From a virus (Duplodnaviria; Caudoviricetes): DNA of 64,000 nt. Location: the IMG/VR virus record IMGVR_UViG_3300035180_001680. One strand, written 5' to 3'. Below the pieces are notes generated by a model. The model searched no databases. It was not told where the DNA came from and saw only the letters and a program-made list of their open reading frames with translations. Position 1 is the stretch's first letter. The number at the start of each line of letters is the position of its first letter. Below are positions 45,992-56,793 of the stretch, piece by piece. Made by a program: the position numbers and the translations under genes.

Positions 45992-48838
45992 ATGCAAGTT
46001 AATGGTAATTTAAAATTTTCTACACTAGGCGCTGGTGAACTTCAGAATGCAGTGATGGAACGGGTATCCGATTTGACCTCTTTGGCGGCAACAACAGCGG
46101 GTCGTATTGCTTTCCAAACAGGTGCTGGAACGACATATCCTGGAATTGGTTATTACTACGCTGATGGTGCAGCTTGGGTGCGCTTAGCAACAGGTGGAAA
46201 CGCCACAGCTCTTCAAACAGAAGTTGATAACATTGAGACTGCTGTTGGTTTAAAAGCTGACGGAACGTTTAATGCTGGCTCATATACAGGTGCATGGTAT
46301 ATTACGGCGCCAGCTTCTGTTGCAGATGCAATTATGCAATTGGACGCAGCAATTAATTCTGCTAATGAGTTGTCAGAATTGTTAGACGTTAACACAGGTT
46401 TACACAATGCTAATGCAACGAATGGACAATTCCTTCAATATCAAGCCATTGATCCATATGATCCATATGGAACCGGTGATGCAAAGTGGCATAATCATAC
46501 ATTAGTTCTTGCTGATGTAACCGATGTTACAACAACAGCAACAGAAGTTAATCAACTTTATTCTGCTGGTGCAGTAAATGCAGACTTCGTTAAGCTTCAT
46601 GCAATTACAGAAACAGCTGCTAACATCAATGGTTTTGATGCACGTATTACAAACAACGAAGGTGATGTTCTAAATCTAGAAACATTCACAGGTATGACTG
46701 ACGGTTCAGCTGCTCATAGCTATTCTTCAACAACAATTGTTGGTTCGACTGACAGTCTTCAAGTTGCTATCGGTAAGTTGGATGCAGCCACAGGTGCAGT
46801 TGCTACAGGCGGTACCGGAATTCTTGCTTCTAATGGTACAACAATTTCCTATCGTACATTAACAGCTCCTACAGCTGGTATTACAGTCACAAACGGGAAT
46901 GGTGCTTCTGGTAACCCAACACTTGCTCTTGCGAATGACTTGGCTGCTTATGAAGGTTTGACAACAACTGGTTATGTCGTCCGTACGGGTAATGGTACAG
47001 CAACAACACGTTCACTCGCAGTTAATTCTGGTCAGTTAGTTATTACTGGTGATGCTTCTGGTGTTACTACAGATACAACATTTGGTCTTGCAACTGTTAC
47101 AGATTCAGGTTCAGGTACATTCTTGAAGTTAGCTACAGACACATTTGGTCGTGTAACAGGAACTACAGCAGTTGTTACTGCAGACATTACAGCTCTTGTT
47201 GATGCAACTTATGTTAACGTTGCTGGTGACACAATGACTGGTAATTTGGTCATGTCCTCTGGTACATATATCACTCTTCCAGATGCCCCAACAGCAAACA
47301 CACAAGCAGCTAACAAGGCATATGTTGATTCAGCAGTTAATGGTCTTTCATGGAAGCCTGCAGTTGTAGTTGCAACCACAGGAAATGTAACAATTACTGC
47401 TCCTGGTGCCGCGATTGATGGTATTACTCTTACAGCGGGTGACCGTGTATTGGTAAAAGATCAAACAACTGCTTCCGAAAATGGTATCTATGTGTTCAAT
47501 GGTGCAGCTACAGCAATGACTCGTGCAGCAGATATGAATACAGCAGCAGAATTTGATGGATCAGCTACATTCGTTCAGCAAGGTACAGTCAACGAAGGTA
47601 CAGGTTGGACAGAAACAGCTACAGTTACTACAGTTGGAACCGACAGTGTTGCATTCAGCCAGTTCTCTGGTGGTCAAGCATTCGTTTGGGGTACAGGTTT
47701 GGCTAACACTGGTAACACAGTTTACATTAACATGGGTGCTGGTATTGTTCAATTACCTACTGATGAAGTTGGTGTTGACGTTGTATCTGGTAAGGCTGTT
47801 CAGCTTACAAGTACAGCTACAGGTGGTCAGTTAACATTCGTTCTTGATTCAGGTTCTGGAATGGAACAGTCTGCTACAGGCTTGAAGATCAGTGCTGCTG
47901 GTGTTACAAATGCAATGTTAGCACATCCTTCATTCACAATTAACGGTGATACAGCTACCGATACATTAGTTCTTGGTGATACGTTACAAATCAAGGGTGA
48001 CTCCGTACAAGGTATCGCTTCTGATGTTGTTGAATCCCCAGCAGGAACTTCTACATTCACAATCACAGCTGCTAATGCTTCTTCTTCACAGAAGGGTGTT
48101 GCTAAGTTTGATGCAACTGAATTTACAGTAACTTCTGGTAGTGTTGTTCTTGGAACAATTGGTAACAGTAAGCTTGCAAACAGTTCCATCACAATGGCTG
48201 CTGATACAGGTACTGCTGATCCAGTCGCTCTTGGTGAAACATTCTCAGTATTAGGAACTTCAGGTCAAGGTATCACAACTGCAGTTACAGCTAACACAAT
48301 CACAATCAATGCTTCTGATGCTTCTTCTTCACAGAAGGGTGTTGCTAGTTTCGGTACAGACTTCACAGTTACAACCGGTGCAGTTGCGTTATCACACAAC
48401 ACCATTACAGTTGCTGGTGATACAGGTTCTAGTACAGTAGCTCTTGGTGCAACATTGACGATTGCTGGTAGTTCAACAGTTACTACAACTGAAAGCGCTG
48501 GAACAGTTACTGTTTCTGTGAACACAGCAGGTATTAACCTTGGTGATTTGCATGATGTTGGCACAGCTCCTGCAACAGCTTCTGGAACAGCTCTTATTGC
48601 TGATGGTACTGCATGGCAAGCACAGAAGATTTATCACCAAGGAACAGTTGGAACAGCTGCTACATCATGGACGATCACACACAATATTGGTCAGAAATAT
48701 GTTGTTGTTACAATCGTTGATAATTTAGATGAAGTTATTATTCCACAAAGCATCACATTTACAGATGCAAACACAGTTACAGTTACTTTTAACACAGCTG
48801 TCGCTGGAACCTGTATTGTTATGGGTGTTAAGGGTTAA
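45992..48838 (+). CDS. abundant fibre-like virion protein (948 aa)
   Basis: CATAAATA at 45903; strong ACA/GGT/GCT codon bias; YVNVAGDTMTG, AANKAYVD, two ASSSQKGVA fibre repeats; C-terminal HNI domain. Confidence 0.75.
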   Translation: MQVNGNLKFSTLGAGELQNAVMERVSDLTSLAATTAGRIAFQTGAGTTYPGIGYYYADGAAWVRLATGGNATALQTEVDNIETAVGLKADGTFNAGSYTGAWYITAPASVADAIMQLDAAINSANELSELLDVNTGLHNANATNGQFLQYQAIDPYDPYGTGDAKWHNHTLVLADVTDVTTTATEVNQLYSAGAVNADFVKLHAITETAANINGFDARITNNEGDVLNLETFTGMTDGSAAHSYSSTTIVGSTDSLQVAIGKLDAATGAVATGGTGILASNGTTISYRTLTAPTAGITVTNGNGASGNPTLALANDLAAYEGLTTTGYVVRTGNGTATTRSLAVNSGQLVITGDASGVTTDTTFGLATVTDSGSGTFLKLATDTFGRVTGTTAVVTADITALVDATYVNVAGDTMTGNLVMSSGTYITLPDAPTANTQAANKAYVDSAVNGLSWKPAVVVATTGNVTITAPGAAIDGITLTAGDRVLVKDQTTASENGIYVFNGAATAMTRAADMNTAAEFDGSATFVQQGTVNEGTGWTETATVTTVGTDSVAFSQFSGGQAFVWGTGLANTGNTVYINMGAGIVQLPTDEVGVDVVSGKAVQLTSTATGGQLTFVLDSGSGMEQSATGLKISAAGVTNAMLAHPSFTINGDTATDTLVLGDTLQIKGDSVQGIASDVVESPAGTSTFTITAANASSSQKGVAKFDATEFTVTSGSVVLGTIGNSKLANSSITMAADTGTADPVALGETFSVLGTSGQGITTAVTANTITINASDASSSQKGVASFGTDFTVTTGAVALSHNTITVAGDTGSSTVALGATLTIAGSSTVTTTESAGTVTVSVNTAGINLGDLHDVGTAPATASGTALIADGTAWQAQKIYHQGTVGTAATSWTITHNIGQKYVVVTIVDNLDEVIIPQSITFTDANTVTVTFNTAVAGTCIVMGVKG

Positions 48839-48853
48839 TTTTAAAACTCTTAC

Positions 48854-48880
48854 AAAAAAGCCTCTTCGGAGGCTTTTTTT
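48854..48880 (+). terminator. intrinsic terminator
   Basis: AAAAAAGCCTC-TTCG-GAGGCTTTTTTT. Confidence 0.9.
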
Positions 48881-48932
48881 GTTTCTCCTAAATCATAAAT
48901 ACTACTATGACACAAACTACGGAGAATAAAAA

Positions 48933-49343
48933 ATGAAATCTTATGGAGATATTGACCTTAACAACAACCAAATGCAGCGCATGGCTCTTCAAGAAGAAGC
49001 AAATCTCCCAAACCCCCCCGTAGTTGGTAGAATTGCTTACACAGGAAAGAGAGTTTGGATTTGTGCTGAAATTACTCTTGGAGTTCCAGCTTGGATTCCT
49101 TTAACAGGAACAACAAATACATATACGCATGATCAAACTACTGCTTCCTCATCTTGGACTGTCGTTCACAATCTGAATGCAGGTAGTCCATTAGTTCAGG
49201 TTTATGATAATACAGGAAACATGTTAATTCCTAATTCGGTTGTCCCAATTAACAATAATAGTCTTACGATAACCTTTGGAACTAGTATTACAGGTCGTGC
49301 AGTTGTTATGTTTGGTGATACCACAGTTTATCCAACAGTTTAA
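48933..49343 (+). CDS. structural protein (shared N-module plus one HNL domain)
   Basis: MKSYGDIDLNNNQ...; YTHDQTTASSSWTVVHNLN; CATAAATA at 48894. Confidence 0.7.
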   Translation: MKSYGDIDLNNNQMQRMALQEEANLPNPPVVGRIAYTGKRVWICAEITLGVPAWIPLTGTTNTYTHDQTTASSSWTVVHNLNAGSPLVQVYDNTGNMLIPNSVVPINNNSLTITFGTSITGRAVVMFGDTTVYPTV

Positions 49344-49359
49344 TTTAAGGAGGCATGTT

Positions 49360-49995
49360 GTGAAATTTTATGGTGACTTAAATTTAAACGATAACCAAGC
49401 TCAACAAATGGCTTTGCAAGTTGAAGCAGATTTTCCCTTAACACCTGTTGTAGGAAGAATTACCTTTAAAGGTAAACGAGTTTGGATTTGTATTCAGGCT
49501 GGTGTAAACACTATTTGGGTTCCATTAGGACCAAAACATGACACATTTGTGTTAACACAGTCTACGCCAAGCACTTCTTGGACAATTCAACACAATTTCA
49601 ACACAACAACTGCAATAACAACAACTCCAATATATCCTCTTGTTCAAATATTTGATGATACGAACAATCAAATTATTCCAGATGCAATACATTATGTGGA
49701 CGATTCCTCTATTATGGTTACATTCAATACAGCTGCATCGGGAACTGCTGTTTGTATGTATGGAGATGATAATTTGTATGGAGGTTTAATTACTCCACAA
49801 TATGCATACGAATATACACAATCAACACCATCAGCCACTTGGGTTGTTCGTCATTGGTTAGGTTATGTTCCTAATGTTCGTGTATTCAATGGTACTGGAG
49901 AAGAAATTCAACCTTATTCCATTAAAGTTGATGATGCTTTTCAGGTCACAATAACATTTACCAGTGCAATTACTGGTGTTGCTAAACTGGTTTAA
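49360..49995 (+). CDS. structural protein (shared N-module plus two HNL domains)
   Basis: AAGGAGG then GTG 49360; WTIQHNFN and WVVRHWLG domains. Confidence 0.7.
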   Translation: MKFYGDLNLNDNQAQQMALQVEADFPLTPVVGRITFKGKRVWICIQAGVNTIWVPLGPKHDTFVLTQSTPSTSWTIQHNFNTTTAITTTPIYPLVQIFDDTNNQIIPDAIHYVDDSSIMVTFNTAASGTAVCMYGDDNLYGGLITPQYAYEYTQSTPSATWVVRHWLGYVPNVRVFNGTGEEIQPYSIKVDDAFQVTITFTSAITGVAKLV

Positions 49996-50006
49996 TGGAG
50001 AAAATC

Positions 50007-50234
50007 ATGGGAATGAAAACAATTTCAAATAAGTTTTATTTTGAACAATCTACAGCATCAACAACTTGGACAATTACACATAATCTTCAAACGAATATGC
50101 CTTGTGTAGATTTTTGGGTTATGGATGGAGGAACATATACAAAGATTATGCCTTCATCAATGATTGTTTCTAATGCTAATACGTTAGTTGCCACATTTTC
50201 GTCAGCACAAGCTGGTCGTGCTACAGTAGTTTAA
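50007..50234 (+). CDS. single HNL-domain protein
   Basis: FEQSTASTTWTITHNLQ; GGAG before ATG 50007. Confidence 0.7.
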   Translation: MGMKTISNKFYFEQSTASTTWTITHNLQTNMPCVDFWVMDGGTYTKIMPSSMIVSNANTLVATFSSAQAGRATVV

Positions 50235-50244
50235 GGAGAAACTC

Positions 50245-50457
50245 ATGGCTCAATATAATCACATTCAATCAACGAGTTCGTCTTCTTGGACAATTGCTCA
50301 TAACTTAGGAACAAACGCTGAAGTTATAGACGTGTATGTTGTCAATTCTGGAAATCTGGAGAAAATCCTCCCATTAAGTGTTCAACATACAGACATTAAC
50401 ACAATAACAGTCACATTTACTACAGGATTTACAGGAAATGTAAGGGTTGTTGGTTAA
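50245..50457 (+). CDS. single HNL-domain protein
   Basis: YNHIQSTSSSSWTIAHNLG; AAGGAG RBS. Confidence 0.75.
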   Translation: MAQYNHIQSTSSSSWTIAHNLGTNAEVIDVYVVNSGNLEKILPLSVQHTDINTITVTFTTGFTGNVRVVG

Positions 50458-50491
50458 AGTATAAATAGATAAAATTAATTGGAGAAAACAA

Positions 50492-51094
50492 ATGAAATTA
50501 CGTGGAACACTTGAAAATAAAAAATATAGTACCTTAACAGAATGGGAAGACGATGAAGATGATTTGTCCCCATCCGAAAAAGCACTGGTTGCAAAGGCAG
50601 ATAAAGATTTATCTAAACGTGGTGTTAAGGTTAAAGATTTTGACCCTGATAAAGTTGTTGGGAATAAAAGTTCAAAAGACGAAGACGATGATGAGGCACC
50701 AAGTGGTAAATCAACACCAAAGCCCGCAAATAAAACAGCCAAATCAACAGAACATAACGGTGGTGAAGCTTCTACAAAGTCACGCGGAGAAAAGGTTGCA
50801 CAAGCTCGTAAATTTCTACAAGACCATCCAAATGCAACCAGAAAAGAGTTTACCGTGTTCGTTGCAAATCATGGAGTTTCTCCTGCCTACGCAAATACGA
50901 TGTTCTACTTGATGAAAAACAAACTTCGAGAAGTGTTTTATATTATGAATGATAACGGAGAAGTTTTAGCAGAAGGTGATGAATGGACCGTATTTGAAGA
51001 TTATGGAAAACGTTTGCAGATGTTTAAGAGTGAATGGACTGCGAAAAGCAAAACTCTTAAAAAGGGTGGAAAAGTTAAACAGTTTAAACTTTAA
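50492..51094 (+). CDS. putative internal head protein with basic/acidic N-region and HTH-like core
   Basis: TATAAATA at 50460; leader ending ...STLTE; HPNATRKEF...GVSPAYANTMFY. Confidence 0.55.
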   Translation: MKLRGTLENKKYSTLTEWEDDEDDLSPSEKALVAKADKDLSKRGVKVKDFDPDKVVGNKSSKDEDDDEAPSGKSTPKPANKTAKSTEHNGGEASTKSRGEKVAQARKFLQDHPNATRKEFTVFVANHGVSPAYANTMFYLMKNKLREVFYIMNDNGEVLAEGDEWTVFEDYGKRLQMFKSEWTAKSKTLKKGGKVKQFKL

Positions 51095-51118
51095 AATTCT
51101 CAAGGGAAGGGAAGATTT

Positions 51119-51144
51119 GGGGGCGAAGAAATTCGCCCCTTTTT
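51119..51144 (+). terminator. intrinsic terminator
   Basis: GGGGCGAA-GAAA-TTCGCCCC-TTTTT. Confidence 0.85.
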
Positions 51145-51200
51145 ATGTTTAACTCTATTTTAATTGAATCATAAATACTTTCACTATTATCTTGTAACCA

Positions 51201-52721
51201 ATGTTAAAAAGTATTTTAAAACAAAATGGTATTCTAACTGAAAAAGGAATTTCTAATAATTATAAAAGAATATTAGTTAAACATCCTTCGATTGAACAAC
51301 AAATAATTGATTTTACTAAATTTCTTGATATAGAAGATTATTTACCTTCTATGAAAGAACGGTTATTGTGTATTTTCAAAGACATAACTTCGGTTCCTAG
51401 ATGTCCACAATGTGGGAAGATTTCATCATTTGTTCAATCTTCGTATAGAACTTTTTGTTCCTCAATATGTGCTCAATCCAATATTCAAACAAGAAATAAA
51501 CACAAACAAACTATGTTAAAAACATATGGTGTGGAATATGGGGGACAAACAGATGAACAAAAACAAAAAAGAAAAAATACTTGTTTGTTTCGTTACGGAG
51601 TTGATCATCATTGGAAAAATTCATCCATTCAACAAAAACGCATCAATACATTTGCTTCAAATTATGGAGTAATAAACCCTCAACAACAATACTTTAGTGA
51701 TGAAACTTTGTCGTTGTTAAATGATATAAATTGGTTGACGCATGAACACCATGTTTTACAAAAATCGTGTGCAGAAATATCCAACAATCTACAAGTAAAT
51801 CCTACCACAGTTTCGAATTACTTACACAAGTACAATATTCCTATTAAACATTTTAATACATCACTTGCTCAACGAGAAATTGGTTCATTTCTTCAAAATT
51901 TCACCTCCGTGGAACTCAACAATAGAACAATCTTAACTTCTGGTAAAGAAATTGATGTTTTTTTACCAGATTATAATATTGCTATAGAATATTGTGGATT
52001 GTATTGGCATAGTGATTATTTTGAACGTAACACCAAAAATTCACATTTAAATAAATTAAACGAATTGTTACTTAAAGACATTAGATTAATAACAATTTTT
52101 GAAGATGAGTGGACACTAAAACAGGATATAGTAAAATTGAAATTGCTTGCGATATTAGGAAAAGACCCTCGTAAACGGGTATTTGCTAGACAAACATATA
52201 TATCTAATGTTTCAACACAAGAAAAACAAATATTTTTTGAAAATACTCATATTCAAGGTAATGGTCCAAGTTCTATTAATATTGGTTTGTATGATACACA
52301 CGAACTAGTTGCTTGTATGGGATTAATCAAACAAAAAAATAATAGATATATAATTAATAGATATTCTACTTCTGCACAAGTTGTGGGAGGTTTTAGTAAA
52401 CTACTAACATATTTTATTAAAAACTATAATCCCACGCAACTTGTATCTTTTGCTGACAGAAGATGGGGAGAAGGGAATTTGTATCACAAAACTGGTTTTA
52501 GTTTGGAGTATATCATTACTCCTGATTATCATTATGTTGTTAATCACAAACGAATACACAAATTTAATTTTAGACACAACAATCTTAAAAAAATTCTTAC
52601 TAAGTATGATGAACACTCGAGTGAAGTTGTTAACTGTAAAAATAATGGAATTTTTAGAATATGGGATTGTGGGTTAATAAAGTTCACCATAAATACAGCA
52701 CAACGTGGAGAAACACAATGA
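51201..52721 (+). mobile_element. homing-endonuclease-like gene 3 (same family)
   Basis: CPQC...FCSSIC; KQTMLKTYGV; EIDVFLPDYNIAIEYCGLYWHS; RIWDCG; CATAAATA at 51170. Confidence 0.75.
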
Positions 52722-53809
52722 ATTTTAATAATAAAGACTTCCTTCCTGTTAGTGTAAAAGGACATGTACGCATTACAGACGATTTAAATAATGTCTTATT
52801 AGATAAGACAAACGCTATACACCCTGAAAATATGGCACGTGTTTTTGCACGAGCACTCTCAAATGAAAATAATTTTTACATTTATCGTATGGCATTTGGT
52901 AATGGTGGAACAATCGTTGATGCTGCATACACGATTACATACAAAACACCAAATGACGGACAAGCGCCAGACACAGCAGGGTGGAAATCATCTCTCTATA
53001 ACGAGACATACAGTGAGATTGTCGATGACTCATCTGCTTTGGATGACACGGGACCTGGAGCATCTCCCATAAATGATGTTGCAAAAAATTCTGTTGTTAG
53101 TTCAGAGAGTGGATTAATTTCATCTGTTACAGTTTCTGTTACACTAAATCCATTTGAGCCTGCTGGACAATCTACTACTGATATTCTTCCACCTTCCGAA
53201 TCTACAGGGGATGCATTTGTTTTTGATGAAATCGGGTTATATACAACAGGAGCACCACACAACGCAACTCTTGGTTATCAGGAAGTGAATGTAAGTAACA
53301 AACTAGATACTGATTCTTCGGGTTTGGCTGTTAATACAAATTATACATTTACTATTTCCGTCGATGGTGGAACAGCACAGGTTATAACAATTGACACAGG
53401 TATAGGTAGTGGTGCAGGTGGTGATATTTTATTTAGTGATTTAACAAATATCATTAACTCCGTGTTAGTTGGTGCAACTGTTGCTATATCTAATGCATCT
53501 GGGACTGTGAACACCTTTGGAAATCTTCGCTTTGTATCTAATTCAAGTGGTAGCACTTCATCTATTAACATCACGACGCCCTCAACGATTCCATCTAATT
53601 GGTTGTTTTCTAATTTGACAGGTTTTGGGGGGAGCGTGAGTCCTGCTGTTGCTGGTCAAGATCAAGGTTTTCAAAATGATCCAACCAATCCTGCTTTGGA
53701 GGGTGAACGATTATTAACACATTTAATTTTCAGTCCCGTGAGAAAGAGTGCCAATAGAACATTGACTATTAAGTACGTTTTATCGATTCAGGTAGCACGA
53801 AGTACATAA
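52718..53809 (+). CDS. tail/baseplate structural protein
   Basis: CATAAATA at 52688, GGAG RBS, ATG 52718; KGHVRI...MAFGNGG...FDEIGLY...LLTHLIFSPVRKSANR. Confidence 0.65.
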   Translation: MNFNNKDFLPVSVKGHVRITDDLNNVLLDKTNAIHPENMARVFARALSNENNFYIYRMAFGNGGTIVDAAYTITYKTPNDGQAPDTAGWKSSLYNETYSEIVDDSSALDDTGPGASPINDVAKNSVVSSESGLISSVTVSVTLNPFEPAGQSTTDILPPSESTGDAFVFDEIGLYTTGAPHNATLGYQEVNVSNKLDTDSSGLAVNTNYTFTISVDGGTAQVITIDTGIGSGAGGDILFSDLTNIINSVLVGATVAISNASGTVNTFGNLRFVSNSSGSTSSINITTPSTIPSNWLFSNLTGFGGSVSPAVAGQDQGFQNDPTNPALEGERLLTHLIFSPVRKSANRTLTIKYVLSIQVARST

Positions 53810-53820
53810 TTCTTCTGAAA

Positions 53821-53851
53821 AAATAAAAGGCCCCTTTGGGGCCTTTTATTT
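53821..53851. terminator. bidirectional terminator
   Basis: AAATAAAAGGCCCC-TTT-GGGGCCTTTTATTT between convergent genes. Confidence 0.9.
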
Positions 53852-53865
53852 TGTGTGGCTTCATA

Positions 53866-54321
53866 TTATCTTGTTCGACCTCGAGCAGGTGCTTTAGCAG
53901 TTTCAACAGCGGCTTGTAATTGACTTGAATCTGTCATTGGTGCCATTGGTTCTGATTGGTTGTTTGCAAACGTGGTTTGGTTTGAATATGGGCCTTGTGC
54001 TTGAACAGGTGTTCCGTATTGTCCACTTCCAAATGGTAGAACTTGTCCTGATGGAGTTCTAACTTTAACAAGTTGGTTAAAATACGTCAAAGCATTAACG
54101 CCGTTACCAAGTGTGATTTGAGACATCAAATCCCAGAGTTCGTAAAGTTCAGCATTACGGTTACGAAGAATCTTCAATAACCGTTGTTTATCAACCATAT
54201 CAAGTGGTTTAATTGGGAAAAACCAAACATGACCATCATTCGAACGTTTCATGATTGCACATTCAGTTAAAATTCCACCTTCCAATTCCAGCCATTCAAT
54301 GTTTCTATATTTTCCTTGCAT
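53866..54321 (-). CDS. conserved hypothetical phage protein
   Basis: AAGGAG before ATG 54321; globular N-terminal part with a low-complexity tail. Confidence 0.75.
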   Translation of the reverse strand: MQGKYRNIEWLELEGGILTECAIMKRSNDGHVWFFPIKPLDMVDKQRLLKILRNRNAELYELWDLMSQITLGNGVNALTYFNQLVKVRTPSGQVLPFGSGQYGTPVQAQGPYSNQTTFANNQSEPMAPMTDSSQLQAAVETAKAPARGRTR

Positions 54322-54395
54322 TTGTTTCTCCTTAAATGTGTTATGCATATGCATGACAAATATTTACACTAAGAAAAAAAGAAGGAACCAATCGT

Positions 54396-55883
54396 TTATG
54401 GTTTCCAAGTCCACACATCATTGCCACAATCCCATATACGATCATAACCACTATTGATCATATTATTCCATTCAGTTTTAAGTGGATCGAATAAATCCAA
54501 TTTTTCACTCAATTTGTGTTTCTGAAATACGTTCCTTGAGTATAGTTGATATGGATTGTTTCTGTGAAAATACCAATAATTGGGTGAACTTGTGTGGGAT
54601 AATGTAAACCCCAAATTTAAATATACTCCTCCTGTGTTATATCGTTTATCGCTATAGGATATTACAGACGTGGGAGATTTTTCTAAAATGAAGTGTTTAA
54701 ATAATTTAGATGCACCCCCCACAACAGTGGTGTTAAGTTTTGAAGCAAATCGGATTAATTCGTACTCTTCTTTTCCATATCGCGGTTTTCCAAAAGTCAT
54801 AACACTTACTAATTTATTTTCAAACGTAAGACCTATGTTATAAGAACTACCAACATCACCTTGAATATGATACGCATTCATAAAATTTCTTCTTTCTGAA
54901 AAATTAACATTTACGATATTACATTTTCGGGCGTATATTTTTTCAGTATTTTTATTTAATAATGATAAAATTCTCGATTTTACAATATCTTTTTTATTAA
55001 TCCACTCAACGTCTATAATGTGAATTAATCTAATACCATGTAAATTTAACATATTTGTTTTGGATATATGATATGTTCTGTTTTTTCCATTCAATTCACT
55101 ATGCCAGTATACTCCATCAATTTCTATAGCAATTGAGTATTCTGGAAGATAAACATCTACTTCTGGTCCAAACTTTTTTACTCTCGTTTGTACTTCGATT
55201 CCAAGTGAAGCAATAAAATCGCAAACTTCACGTTCTGGTTGAGATTGGAAATGTTGTTGAACGGCGATATCAAACAAATTGAATCGTTTTTGGATTAATG
55301 ACGGACTTACGTTAAGTTCTGTTGCAATCTGAATTAAGGATTTATTTTTATTCTCTTCAGTTAACCAACCTGGGTCATCAATTTTGTGTAAAATGTCTTT
55401 AATTTTAAATGTGTTTGGATAAAGACCATCTCGTAATAAATTATTTTTTTCTATTTGATCATTCTTGTGTTTATCTGATCCCAAGTAGCTTGATGTTCCG
55501 TATCTTTCAACCATTGTAGATTGAATCTGGTGCTGAATAGATGGAACTTTTGCTGGGATTTTTTCCCCATATTTATCTTCCATTTTTTGGTAATATTTTT
55601 CTCTTATTTCAGGAACTTTTTGAACACACGAGCGACAATATGTTGCATAGTGTTTTTTGCCTTGACTAAATTGAATTAAGTTAGAACAATACCCACACGT
55701 TGGAGATTCACTTATATTATGTAATATGCAATAAAGTCGTTCATATGTTGAAACGTGTTCAGGTAAAAATTTTGTTAATTCTCTGATTCGGTTAAATAAA
55801 AATTCATGTTTGTTTATAATTTTATTATACGACGGAGATATAGTTAATTTACCATTCCGTTGTATAAAAAGGTTATATTCCAT
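54396..55883 (-). mobile_element. homing-endonuclease-like gene 4 (same family)
   Basis: CGYC...YCRSC; TMVERYGT; EVDVYLPEYSIAIEIDGVYWHS; RIWDCG. Confidence 0.75.
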
Positions 55884-55973
55884 TAATTGTGATTTCACTA
55901 TATTTCATTCAACCGTTTTGTATATTATATACGAAAACCAACAAAAAGTGTATAGAAATTTACGTATAGAAAT

Positions 55974-56783
55974 TTACGTGATTGTGATTCTATTCAGCGC
56001 AGCAATCGCAGTTGGACTTATTTGGTCTTTGTTGATTGTTTGATTGTGTATATCCTGAACACAAGGATTTGTGGTATTCAAAGAACTTAAAAAATGAAAA
56101 TTTAAAAGATCTTTCATTGCCTTTCCGAGTTCTGCTGTTTCTTTTTGAACTAATGTTGTGAAGTCTCCAATTGCTTTTTTTACAGCTGTTACTATATCAC
56201 TAACAGCACTACCTATTTTTGTTGTAAAATCTGACAAACCTTGAAGAAATGATTTGACAACAGGGTTTCCGACAACATCTTTAGCTAAATCTTTTATTGA
56301 GTTATAAATCTTTCCTGTAAATGCAGAAATATCATCAAATACACTCTGGAATGCTGATTTTATACTTGTTAAAGCATCTCCGATAACTGAAGAAATCTTT
56401 TTTATGGTTCCAAAAATATCATCAAACAAACTTGGGCAACCAGAAGAGTTTGTTGTTGGTCCTGGTTGGGTGGGTTCAGCTTGGCTTATTATATTTCTAA
56501 CAGCAGATACTGATTGTGTCAATGCAAGCTCTTGGGGCATTTTATCTATCTTCCCGGGAGAACCATTTGAACCAAGGAAATGATTTGATACGATAGTATC
56601 AAAATTATCAAAAGCACTAACGGTTGGGTGTGGTAAACCCAAATAATCATGAATATCAAGTAGAGAAGTTTTTTCATCCAATAACACATTTCGTCCTTCT
56701 GCTGAAGGATCTTTATATAAACTTCCAATTGTTCCCACTGGTTGTTGACCAGCAGCTAATAAACCTGTAACTGTATCAATCAT
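55974..56783 (-). CDS. helical hypothetical protein downstream of the PAAR gene
   Basis: GGAG before ATG 56783; amphipathic helical middle region. Confidence 0.65.
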   Translation of the reverse strand: MIDTVTGLLAAGQQPVGTIGSLYKDPSAEGRNVLLDEKTSLLDIHDYLGLPHPTVSAFDNFDTIVSNHFLGSNGSPGKIDKMPQELALTQSVSAVRNIISQAEPTQPGPTTNSSGCPSLFDDIFGTIKKISSVIGDALTSIKSAFQSVFDDISAFTGKIYNSIKDLAKDVVGNPVVKSFLQGLSDFTTKIGSAVSDIVTAVKKAIGDFTTLVQKETAELGKAMKDLLNFHFLSSLNTTNPCVQDIHNQTINKDQISPTAIAALNRITIT

Positions 56784-56793
56784 TTTATCTCCA

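Noticed and set aside
25128-55883. The four nuclease genes as IS elements
   Set aside because: No transposase motifs, terminal inverted repeats or target duplications were seen by eye; the homing-endonuclease interpretation fits better.
7401-55898. Shared MKSQLM start between the 47-aa microprotein and the ORF-track start of element 4
   Set aside because: Only about 11 nt of identity in AT-rich DNA, and element 4 probably starts at ATG 55883; likely coincidence.
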